A stretch of 63,629 bases of DNA, filler included, from Collodictyon triciliatum (lineage: Eukaryota): the NCBI GenBank assembly GCA_043381765.1. It is 7 parts of 7 records of this genome, joined end to end, with 100 filler letters (N's around TTAATTAATTAA, not from the genome) between each part and the next. Parts side by side here need not be neighbours in the genome. Positions count along the whole stretch, not along the records: positions 1 to 10,262 come from JBHJMP010002740.1; positions 10,363 to 20,623 come from JBHJMP010002741.1; 5 more parts are not named here. One strand, 5' to 3'. Below, piece by piece: positions 1 to 14,736 of the stretch. The translations under genes were made by a program, and so were the position numbers. The notes beneath the pieces were generated by a model that was given only the letters and a program-made list of their open reading frames with translations, ran no database searches and was not told where the DNA came from. Positions within the stretch are counted from its first letter, which is position 1, and every line of letters starts with the position of its first letter.

Positions 1-2695
1 TTTTTTTTTTTTTTGTTTTTTTTGTTTTTTTTTAATATAGACGCAATACTTTGAAGCCCCTCTGAAAGGGTCAATCTCTGATATTGCAGGTCGGTTAGAG
101 GTAATTTCATTTGTGATAATCCGAACAGGCACAGTCGACGGGTCTTCTTCTGCTTCTTTAGCTGGTATCTCTGTCATATAGCGGAGGACATCTTTCACAC
201 TATCAACTGCTAGATTGTGGAGAGCGTCGATGATGATGTAATCAATCAATCGAACATCTAGAGTGAAATGGTGCAATTAATTTAGAATATTATACATGCT
301 AAACTTGGCGCGAGTCCTTATTTCAAATATTGTACCATCATAGCCGATAATAGTATTAAATTTTAAAAAAAAATAATTAGTTAAATCATCTTTGTTTAGA
401 TGAGTTTTATAAAAAAAAAAAAAGTAAAAAAAAGTTACAGTTTGTAAGTCTGCGGCATTCGGATCTCTTAGCCGCCATTTGGGTATAGGTAAGTTTCAAA
501 GTCGGTATGTTTGTTGCTGGGTTAGTCGTTGATGTCTTGATCGGATTAGATGATAGTGAAGCAGACGTCAGAAAAACGCTCTGTCTCGCACTCTTGGGGC
601 TAGCAGGTGGAATCATATTTCTTGGGGTTGTAGGAGGCAAAAATCGGCGAGAACTTTGCGTTCCGTTATTGATTGTTGATTCATTAGTATCATAAGATGG
701 CCGGTCATTGATAAACCCGGCTCTTTCCATAACAATTTCACATGAATCACGAACATTCTCCAGTATCTATTGGTTGCGTATGTCATATATGAAAATGATG
801 TGTAGAGAAATAAAACAAAATCATGTAGATTATAACTAACAAAAGTGACTATCAAGAGATTCATGCACACAGCCATTTCTATTGAATTAATTTTACATGG
901 TTCACGATTTCCATCAATTGAGAGACTATATTCGTCTTGTGCTGCTTTTGTGATGCAAGTATTTCATCGAGAGTGTATCTAGCGGTGATGTTATGGATAA
1001 TCTCGGTTTTCCATTAGTTGTCCAAGGTCATTTTTTTTTGTATTATTTAAAAAAAGGGACTTTGACGAGGTATGCGAATCGAATAATTAGATATGGCAGG
1101 AATAGGTCTGGGTAATTGTATTTTTGGAATGGTTTGCATAGGATACGGTGTTTTTCTGTTGATATTATGCAAGCGAAGCCTTTGCATATTTACACAAATT
1201 CCTCGGACGGTCAGAATTGAAGATCGAAGATCGTCATCCAGTAGGTAGAGATTGTCCTGATATAGAGTAAGTAGATTATATATCAAGCAGATTTTTTTTC
1301 TTCATAATCCAGGAATATGATTGAAGGTACTTATCAACCTAGCTTTATCATATGATTAAGTGTAGAAAGACGTACCTGGAGGAACTTTGAATGTAACTGA
1401 AACTTTTTGGAGCGAACGAATACTTTCCATGCGATATAAGTTCTCCACAAACGGAATTTTTTAAAGAAGGGGATATCCATTATTTTATGAAAGATAATAT
1501 ACTCCCTCTCCCACTGATCAATTGGAGTGAATGCTAAGTTGAATAACCGGTCGTAAGTATAGCTCATTCGCCTCTTTTTCTTTTTTCTTATAAGAATTTT
1601 ATCATCATAGGAATATAGGATTATTTCTCTACCGGTATTTGTCTAGAGAAAAGTATAGAGGCTATTTATGTGATTTAAAAAGGATATAAAATGAATGAAA
1701 CAAATACATGCTGAGCCTTTGACAAAATGTGTTACTCCAGCAGAACTGATCGTGTAATAATTTTCCTTATTAATGTCAGAGTGGGGAACAATTCGCAGAT
1801 TATATGGATTAAAGGAATTCTGGTCTGTGTTGTTAAGAACCATGTAGACAAACTCGTGCGAATTTTTAGCATTTCGTATGGATGCTACGAATAGAACGAT
1901 TCAAATGTCAGTATTCTTTATCAGATAACCACTTTAGGCATATGAAAAGACATGTATTGAAGGAATAAACAAGAATCTTGTAAATTATAAGCATCAAAGT
2001 AAATGATATGAAAAATGAAGCATATTTAGGTAAGGAAATTGTGGAAACTGGTTTGCTATATAAAAGATTATGAAAACACCTATAAAGTCGAAGGCATCAG
2101 AATCATGTTTTGCAGCCTTTAATCCACGCCTCCCGTTACGATAATGTCTTCGCTCTGCAGCTCCGAACTCATCATCGTTTTTTCTCTGTTTTGGAGGCGC
2201 AGGCGCGTGTTGCGGGGTAGCTGGATAAGCACGAGGATCAGCAAGAGGCGGCTTCGGTCTGGGTGTTTCCTTTGGAGCAGGTGGAGGTGCAATAGGACTC
2301 TTTGGATCGGGGATGAAGCCGGTGACTTTGAAGGACCGAGCAGGAGGGCGTGGGCTCTGGTTAGAAGCCGCTTGTGAATGTGACAAAGGCAGCTGCATAA
2401 GCGAGTGGGCATTCTTCTTTGCATCCTCCTGGGTCCGTGGGGAGGAGTTTGGTCGAGGGATCGAAGGATTCGGTGAGTGGGCTGCTTCGCGGCGTGGCAG
2501 AGTCAGTCGTGGAGACGAAAACGAAGAGTTTATGCGGCCGGTGTTTGGAGCAGATGAGGATCCGTTGCTGGGAAGATTCAACGGAGGCACAGGCAGTTTG
2601 CGCGGGGTGTGTGTAAAAACCAGGCGGCTGTTTAGATCAAGAGCCTTGGACGAGCCTGAAGGAAAGGTTGCGGTGGGCGTCGAAGGATCGCCCAT
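1..2695 (-). CDS. DNAH6: Axonemal inner-arm dynein heavy chain, DNAH6-like N-terminal part (3' truncated at window edge)
   Basis: Spliced GT-AG exons read ...EFVYMVLNNTDQNSFNPYNLRIVPHSDINKENYYTISSAGVTHF...FTPIDQWEREYIIFHKIMDIPFFKKFRLWRTYIAWKVFVRSKK...DNLYLLDDDLRSSILTV...YTLDE...LTYTQMAAKRSECRRLTNYVRLIDYIIIDALHNLAV. This matches the DNAH6 N-terminal stem as I recall it. The first exon, from ATG 2695, is Pro/Ser-rich. Confidence 0.85.
979..1146 (-). other. Candidate U12-type (minor spliceosome) GT-AG intron in the dynein gene
   Basis: Donor CC|GTATCCTATG; branch-like TCCATAAC (+990-997) about 11 nt before the terminal AG; phase 2. Removal restores NRKTP|YTLDE. Confidence 0.6.
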
Positions 2696-4353
2696 GAAAG
2701 GCAGAGGAAGGTCGATGCTTTTGAGCCCGGCTCCCTGGGAATGACTCTGTTTATCGCAAAGAAGGCGGTGTCGTGGAGTTGCTGCTTGGGTGTCTCCTTG
2801 TGATCTGGGCGGGTGCGTTGAATCCTTTGAGCATTACGTACAGGAACGAAGAGAGAGGAAGAAAGGAAGAAAGAGGGGGAAAAGTGGAGGAAAGAGAATT
2901 ACAGACAGACTTTGGAGAAAGGTTGAGTGAGATGAGATAAAAGTCTTCTGGGGTTTGGATAGAGGAAAGGCTCTTAGGAATGAAGGTGTTTCTGACTGAT
3001 TTATATATATCGTTTACAGAGTCCTTTGCGGAGTGAAAAGAGATCGCAACGAGGTTCCATGAAGACAAAATATCTTGCTTTCGTAATCAGATAATAATTG
3101 CTTTTATTTTTCGCGAATAACGTATGTGGCAAGAGGATAACGAACCGAAAGATGAACTACCGCGCGCACCCCGGCTTTGGTTGGGTAGATGTAAAAATAT
3201 ATATCTTATTCCATGGGAAATGTCATATCTTGATGTCAGAGAACAGTCAAGAAAAAGCGCGGCTCTTTTTTCCAGGCTCTCGCCGCGCCGAATCGCCCAG
3301 CTTTGTTTGCTTCGGGTTGGACGCGACATCGTCGCAGTGGTGCTGTTGTGATTCTGTTTTTGAAAGACAATCCTTGATTAGATTCATGATCTACAGTATA
3401 CACCTCTCATATCTAGAACTAACATTTAACAAAGAAGAAAAGCATGTTTCGTATACGTTTCCTGTCTGTTGGTATCATGATGAGAGGCATTAACGTTGCC
3501 TGTGATTAAAAATTGTAACATGAGCCGTACAAGCTTGCAACGAGGCTTTCGTATCTTTTTTTTTTATTATTTATTTATGAATTGACATCCAGTGGTTGTA
3601 ATGGCTGCGGATGTACGGAGTGGACGCCCTCAAGTGATTGCAAGTGTATGCCTTGCAAGCTTGTGAGGAATCTGGCTTGGCTTGGCGTCCGCATTATCCC
3701 AGCAAACCGATGCTGTTCAGTTGCGCCACATAAGAATGTACGGTATTTAAATCCCTACGTATCCATATCTGAATGCATAACTTTATTTACAGCATAATAA
3801 CCAAAATTCATGAAGCATGTGATTAGATAATTATATATTTATATTTTCCAGATCTAAACTTCGCGTGGCCACGGAATCAATCAGGAGAGCGTTTCTTGCA
3901 TCAAACATGCCATTCCTTTAGATATGCACACCTTTTGATCGCTTCCCGCGCAGACTTGGCGATGTCTTCTCCACACACAATGACAGACATTATATACATA
4001 AAAGACACAAAAAAAAAAAGAAGAGATAAGGGTATAAAAAAACGGACAGAAAAAAAGCCCAGCGCCACACAGGACGCTGAATCATTCTCCTGCTGTCAAA
4101 TCAAGATACGCGCCTTTTCCACGCATCAAGCCCGCGATTTCGAACGCTTGATTCTCCGCCTGCAGTTCTTTCAGTCGCAAGAAGAGGCACAACACTGCGA
4201 CTGTTATTCTAGACAGCAGCACACTAACATGATCAACCCTTCCACAAAAATATATAAATATGATACTGCGCTGATAATCCAAAGAAAAATAAAAGAGCAA
4301 AAGAACAAAAACAAAGACGGGATAATCTAAAACCTGGCCGACAAACTTTGAAG

Positions 4354-7300
4354 ATGGCTCTGACCCGCTCAGCCGCGCTGCTCGCCCGCCCTTCGCTCAC
4401 CCGCTTGGCCTCCGGGCAAGTGGCGCCTGTGTTCCCCGGCGAATATGACAAGCCTCAAATGAAGACCGCCTTCCCAGGCCCAAAGTCCACTGCCGAGTTT
4501 GCAAACATCGGCCTCGCTCAAGACCCTCGCGGCTTCATGGCCGTCTTTGACCAGGTTGGCAATCAAATAGACACATACGCACGCATACGGCTCTTTGTTC
4601 CGCCCAGAAACCTGCCTGTTTCACTCGACTTCATTCGTCAAACTGCGCCGCTCACAAAAAATGACATGCAATCGCCCAGGAAAGAAGCAAAGGAAACTAC
4701 TTTGTCGACATTGACGGGAACATCATGCTTGACGTGTACGGGCAGATTGCCTCGATCCCCATCGGATACAACAACCCAACTATCCTGCAGGTACATATCA
4801 GAATCATGTACGCTGAGGCATCCTTGGTCGCTCATCACACCCACCCGTAGGCGGCAAAGAGCGACGAGTTTGCCCGCGCCTTGGCCAATCGCCCGTCTCT
4901 CGGGCTCATGCCTCCGTCAACATGGAACAAAACCATCCAGGACGCCTTCTTGCGCGTTGCCCCGAAGGGACTCAACAACATCTTCACGGCCATGTGCGGC
5001 AGCTGCGCCAACGAGACTGCTTTCAAGGTATATTGAATTCAATGCAACGTTGCGTTGGAAAAAAAAAAAAGAGAAGGGGAGAGAGAGTGAAAAAAAAACA
5101 TTTAGTCATGTTGGAATTGGAAAAGTACATCCTCAATATGCTCTTTCTTGGTCAAAAAGTGCTACGATTTCCCCCTTCTTTTTGATTCAAAGCATGAAGC
5201 ACAATAGTAAACAGCGTTGCATTCGTAGGCTGCTTTCATGGCTTATCAACAGCGCCTTCGCGGGGACCGGTTTGCCTTCAATGAGCAGGAACTCCAGTCT
5301 TGCATGAAAAACGAGGCACCAGGCTCGCCTGATCTTTGCGTTATCAGCTTCGAAAAGGTACACCCCACCTTCTCAGTTGTATGGTTAAGGATTGTCGTTT
5401 GGTTGTTCGTAAAAGCATATACATGCATTATAGGTGAAAACGCTTCCAAGGACTACATTCTTTGTATCAATTATCCAACGAAGAGACTATGCAAGTTGAT
5501 TTTATCGCTTATATTGTAGTCATTCCATGGTCGCCTTCTTGGTACGCTCAGCACGACCCGGTCGAAGCCCATCCACAAGCTGGACATTCCTTCCTTTGAC
5601 TGGCCTGCGGCTCCATTTCCTCGCCTGAAGTAATTAAAATGCTCGTGAAATCAAAGGATCTTGCAGCTCACACATAACTTTCATTTAGCTTTTCGATTTG
5701 TAAACAAGTCCTTTTAAAATGTAATAATAACAACTAGGTATCCTTTGGCTGAAAATCAGAGAGAAAACGAACAGGAGGAAAAAAGATGCCTTGCCGCCGT
5801 TGAGGACATTATTGTGTCTTGGAACAAGTCTGAATTTCATCGCTATTATGTCATAGTCATTTATTTTTATCACTATATATACAATATTTAATATAGCGTG
5901 ATACCTACTATTTTAAACGAATAACGTTGACTTACGATATAAATAATCGTATTTTTTTTTATTTAGGCCTTTTTTTTTACTAACTTAATTTATTTTTATT
6001 CAGAAAGGGACGCAACATCGCTGCATTGATTGTCGAGCCTATTCAAGCAGAGGGTGGTGATTACGAGGCATCCCCTGCATTCTTCCAGGGCCTCCAGGGA
6101 GTTTTGAAGAAGCACAGAGTCTACTTTATCGTTGATGAAGTCCAAACAGGCTTGTGATGTATTTATACTGAATTAGACTCTCTTCCTTTTTTTTTTTATG
6201 GGATGTACACTTACTATAAGTCTATTTGTAATACCATGAATAGCCTTCTCTTTCTTAAGAATATCCTTAACTGAACTTATCCGCCTTCCATTAAATCATG
6301 CAGGTGTTGCCACAACGGGCACTTTCTGGGCTCACGAGAGCTGGAGTCTTCCTCACCCACCTGACTTTGTTACTTTCTCGAAAAGATTCCAGGTGAATGT
6401 GGTGTGCCTGTAATGTTTGCGGCTTTCTTAGTCGAAGTAAATGTATAGATTCGATATGTCGGTGCCTGCATCACTCAATCTGATACTTGACAGGCTGCTG
6501 GTTTCTACCACTCTTTGGAAACTCGTCCAACTTACCCCTTCCGCAACTTCAATACATGGTGCGGTGACCCAGTCCGTGCCCTGCAGGCCAAGGTAAAAAT
6601 ATAAATACAAAAATTCAGAGAGACCAAGACAAGGGTACTCTTGTAATAGAGAAGGAATGGTATTATGATAAATAAATTGCAATAATGAGGTCATCATTGA
6701 CGAAGTTCTGGGCAAAAACCTGGTGGAAAACGCTCGCACAACTGGTGCTTATCTCAAGGTAAGAACTCCAAAGTCCGTTTCCTTTTCTTTATTGCATTAT
6801 TCCACATTTCCACATGTATTATCATTTGAATTTTTATTTGTTGGTTTTATTTGTTGGTTTTATTTGTTGGTTTATCTTTGATTTTATTTGTTGATTTTAT
6901 TTGTTGATTTTATTTGTTGATTTTATTTGTTGATTTTATTTGTTGATTTTATTTGTTGATTTTATTTGTTGATTTTATTTGGATTACTACCATTGCAATC
7001 AGGTGTTTTTGCGTGTATATGTTTGTTTTTTTCAACCACTAATACCGGGCCACCCTCGACTGTGTCCACCAGCGTGGCTTGGAGTCCATCAAGCACCCAT
7101 ACGTGCAGAACGTGCGAGGTCAGGGCCTCTTCCTCGCCTTCGACTGCCCCGACCCGGCAAAGCGTGACGACCTTGTGACACGCGTCCGCAATCAGGTTTG
7201 GCGCCCATCGCACCCAAGATAGCCTGTGATGGCATGTGATGGCATGTGATGGCATGTGGCTAACAGCAGGGATGGTGGATACAGGGTGTGCTCATTGGCG

Positions 7301-7404
7301 GATGCGGCGAGCAGACCATTCGCCTCCGTCCCATGCTTGTCTTCCAACAACACCACGCCGACCAGCTTCTGGAGGGGCTCGTCAAGGGGCTCCAAGGGCT
7401 TTAA
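4354..7404 (+). CDS. ABAT: 4-aminobutyrate aminotransferase (GABA-T), mitochondrial-type, multi-exon
   Basis: Presequence-like [18 protein letters not shown]; motifs [130 protein letters not shown]; stop TAA 7402-7404. Confidence 0.95.
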
Positions 7405-8309
7405 TCGGGTTCTGCCTGTCTGCACGCATGCATACACATATGCATATGATGCGTCGCAATGTGTTTGTATGTGCCTCGTTTCAACAGCCTCAGCATTCAA
7501 GACATCCAAAAGCAATCTCACAATAGGGGACGTGATTACAAATTAAAATTAAATGTTGTTAAAAGAAAAAACCAACTTGCTGGGTGATAATGCTTTAGAC
7601 AGTGCGGTAAGCTCATCGCCAAGTCCTAGGCTTCTTACTGTCCGATATATCTTTTTTTTCTTTTTCCTTTTTTTTTTTTTAATTGTTATTATGTTCATGT
7701 GTATGCTGTGTTCATGTGGGATGTAACCGAACGAAAAGAGACTCAGCTGACTGGTTTATTCGCCCGCTGACTTTGGCAGTCTTAACTTAATGCAGCTCAT
7801 TTGAGGGTGGCCAGATAGTGATTGGGGAGGAAGCAAGAGAAGAGGAAAATGATTTAGGGATGTATCAAAGCATCATATCACAATGATTGAATCTGCAGCG
7901 CTGTGTTCTTTTCTTTTCTTTTCATTTTTTTTTTAAAAAAAAATTATTAATATTAAAAAAGAAAAAAAGGGAAAGGGAAAAAGCGGGTGGGACTTCGTGA
8001 CTTCGAAGCAGCACACAAAAGGCTTGGAACGCATGTGGGCACCGGCAAGGAATGACCAGAGAACACGATTGGATTGAGACATGGACGATTCAACAAGACA
8101 CAGGGCGCCACACACAACCAAAGGGAATAAATGAATCTATGGGTACTTAACCAGCCATGTTTCAACTACGCATCTGTTTGCGACTAGCGAACAGGACCGG
8201 ACGAAGAGAGAGAAAAAAAAACGAAGAGAACCTGAGAAAAGAAATGGGAGTTGCGAGGAACAAGGACGCGAGGCCAGCAGAAGCTTGCTTGCTCTTTCTG
8301 CATCGCAGC

Positions 8310-10262
<1,953 letters not shown>

Positions 10263-10362
10263 NNNNNNNNNNNNNNNNNNNNNNNNNNNNNNNNNNNNNN
10301 NNNNNNTTAATTAATTAANNNNNNNNNNNNNNNNNNNNNNNNNNNNNNNNNNNNNNNNNNNN
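10263..10362. other. Artificial contig spacer 44N-TTAATTAATTAA-44N (also at 20624-20723, 30986-31085, 48671-48770, 59029-59128, 62296-62395)
   Basis: The same 100-bp structure with six-frame stop codons occurs six times. Confidence 0.97.
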
Positions 10363-11670
10363 GGATGCAATTCAAAGACAGAGCGGGGTGTATCAAGGCT
10401 GCCCACTTGCACCACTGCTCTTCAACTTTGTCGCTGACTGCCTTGCAAACCACTTCCGAAACGAAAACAAGGTGCACAACCGATTGCTACTTCAGTATGC
10501 AGACGACACAGCATTCATCTTGCGGTCTCCCGAAGGCGCCACACTCGCTAACAAATGCATGCAAGAATACACACGAGCTGTCAGCGGAAGAATCAACTAC
10601 AAAAAGACAGATGTAATTATTTTTGGGTTTCAGGATGGACTTATGTTTCCAGGAAACATTGTGTGGAAGCCACCGTCACATCCACTCAAGTACCTTGGTA
10701 TCATATTCGGTCCACAATCGGATAGCAAATGGACAAGCCTGGTTGAGTACATCAAGTCGAAAATATCAGTGTGGAGCAACTTTCATCTCTCGGACGTGGG
10801 AAAAGTAAGGTTGTGGAACTAAGCGATGCTGTCGACCCTTATCTACAACATGAAAGGCACTTTGCTGAATCCCAAGAGGCTGAAGGAGCTGAAAGACACC
10901 TGCCGCAACTTCATCACTACCAATAATCAAAAATACAAATGCTGGAAGCAAGCCCGTATACCTCAGCTACTTCCGAAACACCACGCCCTACCGCTCAATA
11001 TCTCCAACAGAGAGCTGTAGATAGGTGCGTGTGTATTCCATGCAGCAACGACCTCTCCAGAATACACCATGCGCCATAGTGGAGACGACTCTATCGAACA
11101 TACATTTGTGAAGTGCTCTCTTGCTCAAAAAGTGACAGAGTCTACCCACAAGATGCTCTCTGAGCTGGATTATGCTCCCAACCGTCTCAGCGCGTCTGAC
11201 ATCCTGTTTGGCCCACAATACCAAATGACCCACGACTCTAGAATACTCTGGACAGTCACAAGGGGACATATGCTGTGGTCCTTATGGAATGTGCGTGCAT
11301 TATCTCGCTCTAATGATTTGACCGAAAGAGAAATCAATGTGTCGAGGCTGGAAATTATCGTGCAATACAGCTTCCTGAACAGCCTGCTGAAACACGCTCG
11401 CATTCTTCGCTACTCCGACCGCAAGCGAAGGGAGATGGGGGAATGTGTCGTGCGATATCTCCCACAGCATATCCAATCCCTGCTATCCACGCAACCAATC
11501 AACCAGTTGGGACGCCCGCCTGACCAACTCGCTATCGCTGATTATCTTCCAGTACCATCATACCCACTGTAGTGTCGTCTTCTATTCACGTTTGCTCTCT
11601 CCCATGAGCAGCTATCTCGCCTCTTGTATGGCATAACCTTGTTGCGCTATGAATCGAATAAAGGGAAGTA
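10363..11670 (+). mobile_element. Decayed non-LTR retrotransposon (L1/Tx1-like) 3' half: RT C-terminal part, zf-RVT-like motif, 3' UTR
   Basis: SGVYQGCPLAPLLFNFVAD, LLQYADD, SGRINYKKT, LKYLGI, then DDSIEHTFVKC. Three ORFs in one frame are interrupted by TAA (10820) and TAG (11018). Ends ...CTATGAATCGAATAAAGGG. Confidence 0.92.
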
Positions 11671-12174
11671 GTGAAATAAAGAAGGGTTATGTCGAGATAT
11701 GCAAATAAGATGACGGCTTCACAAACAAAAACAAAAAATACACTCTAATAAAAAAGATTTATCAACTCGCTTCAAACCTGAACCAAGTCGTGCCATTTTG
11801 ATGAAAAAAAATATTAATGACTCTTGCAATGATTACGTTCTTCCAACACCGATTTGTTGAGTTAGTGGTATCTTATAGGAATTAAAATCATTCAGAAACG
11901 CCAATATGTGCATTAAAAATAACTAACATGATTATTTCTCACTTCTACGTATTATGAGCGATTTATTTACACATCTTTCATATTTTTGTTACACTTTCCA
12001 GGCTTGCAATCCAACGACACGGAGACGAATCGGCATTTTGATTTTTAATGACTAGTTCGCTGGCTTTTGCTTTTATTCGATTGTTTAGGGGTTCATCTGA
12101 TTCATGGTTGAAGTCGAATTTTTTTTTGATTGTAAATGAAGTTGCTGCATCAGTAAAAGAAAATGAAGGGAAGG

Positions 12175-14485
12175 TTATTGGGGGTCGGAAGAGAAGGCCG
12201 AGACCGACTTTTGCGAAAGACTCGTGGCATAGAAAGTGCCGTCGAGTCCGAAGCAGGCGCCCAGGCAGCCGTCCAAGAAGATGCGGTGCTGAACTGCGCC
12301 CTGATAGTTGTAGAAAGTGACTGTCCCGGTCTTGTTCTCGCAAACACCAAAGACACCGGGAGAGGCGCGGAATATATGCGACCAGGCCTCGACGCTTGTT
12401 GGCACTTCCAGCTTGACTTCTTTTTCGAAAATACCGTCCTTTGGAAAGATGCGGACTCTGTCGGAGCCGGCACAAAGAACTAGAAGCTTGTCCTCTTCAT
12501 TAACACAGACGCCATTGACCAGCGAGCTGATATAGCCGCCACTTTCGCTCGCGTCTCCGATGACAGAGACAAACGCGCCCTTCTTGTCGAACTTCTGGAC
12601 CCTTTGGTTCCCAGAGTCGGCCACGTAGAGGTTTCCTACACTGTCGAAAGTAACCGAGTATGGGCGATTGAGCTGGCCATTCTCCTTACCCTTCTTTCCG
12701 CCAATTGTCTTGACAAGTGTGAGCTGGCCGGTGAAGAGCTTCACAGAGTGACCTTCGCAGTCTGCAACTGCAATGAGACCGTCTTTGGAGATGGCGATTC
12801 CTCTTGGCCCGTGAAGAGCCTTTGGGATGACGAGTCCGGTGTGGTGGGAGGAAATATGGCTGAGGTCTTTTCTAAAGATGTGAACTTTTTGCGAATCTTC
12901 ATCCGTCGCATAGATGTTACCGTTCCGTGGATGCACGCAAACCGCCCACGGACACTCGATTCGGGCATCACCAGTCGACGAGTCAATCGAAACGCTGAGG
13001 GTTTTGATGTTTGCAAGCAACGCGGTGATCGAGTGAAGCGGTTCTGTTTCCGTCTTGGCTTCTTCTGTCACCGCTCCTTCTGCTTCCTCATCCGTGCTCA
13101 GGCCAAACATGAATGTCTCGTTCAGCTTCTTGAGGTCGTCCAGGATGGTTCGCGGCAGTCTTGAGACAAAGGTAAGTGGGGCAATCTCAATAGGTGTATC
13201 GTATTTGGAATAAAGGACTTGGTTGGCGAAGCGCAGTGCGTTGCCCATCTGGACCAGGGAGCGCTCGCCTTCGGGCTTTTCAATCAGCTTGCGCAGGGTT
13301 CGTTTAGCAATGTGGATTCGGCGCATTTCGTTCATGAGGCTGTTCTGCGAGTTCCTCAGCGGAACAAGGATGGACTCGTTCAACGCATCGAGCTGGGCAA
13401 TATTTTGTGTTAATTCCCGTTGGGGAGTGCCATTATTTTTTTTGATAAAATACTTGAAAAAGAAAGCGGTTAGGGTACCTCCTTCTTCGACTCAGCCTTG
13501 AACTGGTTGACTTGTGCTTCAAGTTCTTTCACGAACCCATCGAGTTCATTGGCCCTCTTCTGGTGCTGCTCGGCTTCCTGGATGGGTAAGATTGGTATTG
13601 TGATGTCTATGTTGGCAAACTCAGATGTATTTAGACGGAAATAAAATATTCTGAATTATCTAACCTTTCGCATCTTCAGCTGAATAGACGCAATATTCGG
13701 TGCGAGTTTGTTCTCTGACTTGTGGAGCTCTTGGATTTTGGTGGCTAGAATAGAGTTGGCGTCGAATCCTTCTTGATTGATTGGAACCCTCAGCTTTTGA
13801 TGTGGTTTATCCTCCAATACACACTCAGCGCATTTCATTGGAGACTCGGGGCAGGATGGGCAGAAGAATTTGATAGCATTCTTATGAATCGAGCAGATTT
13901 CTATTTTCCTCGCACTCGGTAAGGCCCCGAACCCGAGTTTACTGAATGAAAAATGTGAGGATGTGAATGTATCATCGCCATAATTTTAGTTCGAATCAAT
14001 TTACATGGCAGTGCATTAATGAAAAAAAAATATTCTTACTTGATAATATGGTCTTCATCATTCACTTCTGCATGCATTCCACCATGAGTTTCGCAGAATA
14101 CACCTTTCGTACCACAAATAGTGCAGTAGTGAGTGGCGTCACTTTGGCAGTTCCTACCTTTGCACTTCAGCACTGAAACGCTTGCTGCGGCCTTCCCAGC
14201 CCCGAGGCCAGCGTTAATACTTCCAAAAGAGGCCGCGTCATACTCATACGCCTTTAATTCAGCAAGTGTGTTCTCATCCACATAGGCTGGCTCGGCGCAT
14301 AGCGGGCATCGAAGCGGTGGGCCCTCGTTTGAGTCGGTGATGGCTGTTTTGATGCAGGTAGAGCAGAAAGTGTGTTGGCATGGCAGGAAACATGGGTTGT
14401 TGTACTGGCTGATGCAGACGGCGCAGAGGCCCCCGCTGAGACACTGATTAATATTGGCCTCAGAGACATTGGTCTCTAGCTCGCT
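12175..14485 (-). CDS. TRIM-NHL-like protein: C3HC4 RING, two B-box-like Zn fingers, coiled coil, NHL beta-propeller
   Basis: RING CAVCISQYNNPCFLPCQHTFCSTC...CPLC is in frame upstream of ORF 14036-14281 and was missed by the ORF track. B-boxes CKGRNC...CTIC...CETH and CSIHKNAIKFFCPSC...CAEC. NHL repeats PWAVCVHP, GPRGIAISKDG, LNRPYSVTFDSVGNLYVADSGNQRVQKFD. The RING exon has no in-frame ATG and begins at an acceptor. Confidence 0.88.
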
Positions 14486-14736
14486 CTAGAACAAAGCTAC
14501 TTATTACTTTTCGTTCGCAAATTGAAAACTGGGTTACATATCTTAAAACAGATGAATATAGGTGTGTCTACGGTGTTTCTTTGAGGATTTTCGTCTTGCA
14601 GTTGGAGGGCTGGCTTTTCCTTTTTGACCAGCTTGTGTCTTCTCTTTTGTTGGTCTAAAAGGTGAGGGGTCTGAGAACTGGGGGAAAAGAAAGAAAGAAA
14701 AAAAAGGTAATACCAGTATGATGAACAATATTTCAC

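Noticed and set aside
3087-4330. Short ORFs and splice-like sites between dynein and GABA-T
   Set aside because: No consistent spliced model or recognisable domain on either strand.
6261-6271. ATATCCTTAAC (U12 donor/branch-like) inside the GABA-T GC-AG intron
   Set aside because: It lies 32 nt from the acceptor and the intron's donor is not U12-like; no AT-AC model restores the protein.
10307-10318. Recurrent palindrome TTAATTAATTAA as a biological motif
   Set aside because: Always embedded in 44-N flanks; it is an assembly linker.
10820-11020. In-frame TAA and TAG in the RT ORF as evidence for a stop-to-Gln genetic code
   Set aside because: Host genes terminate at TAA, TAG and TGA, and their exons contain no internal stops; nonsense decay of a dead element is simpler.
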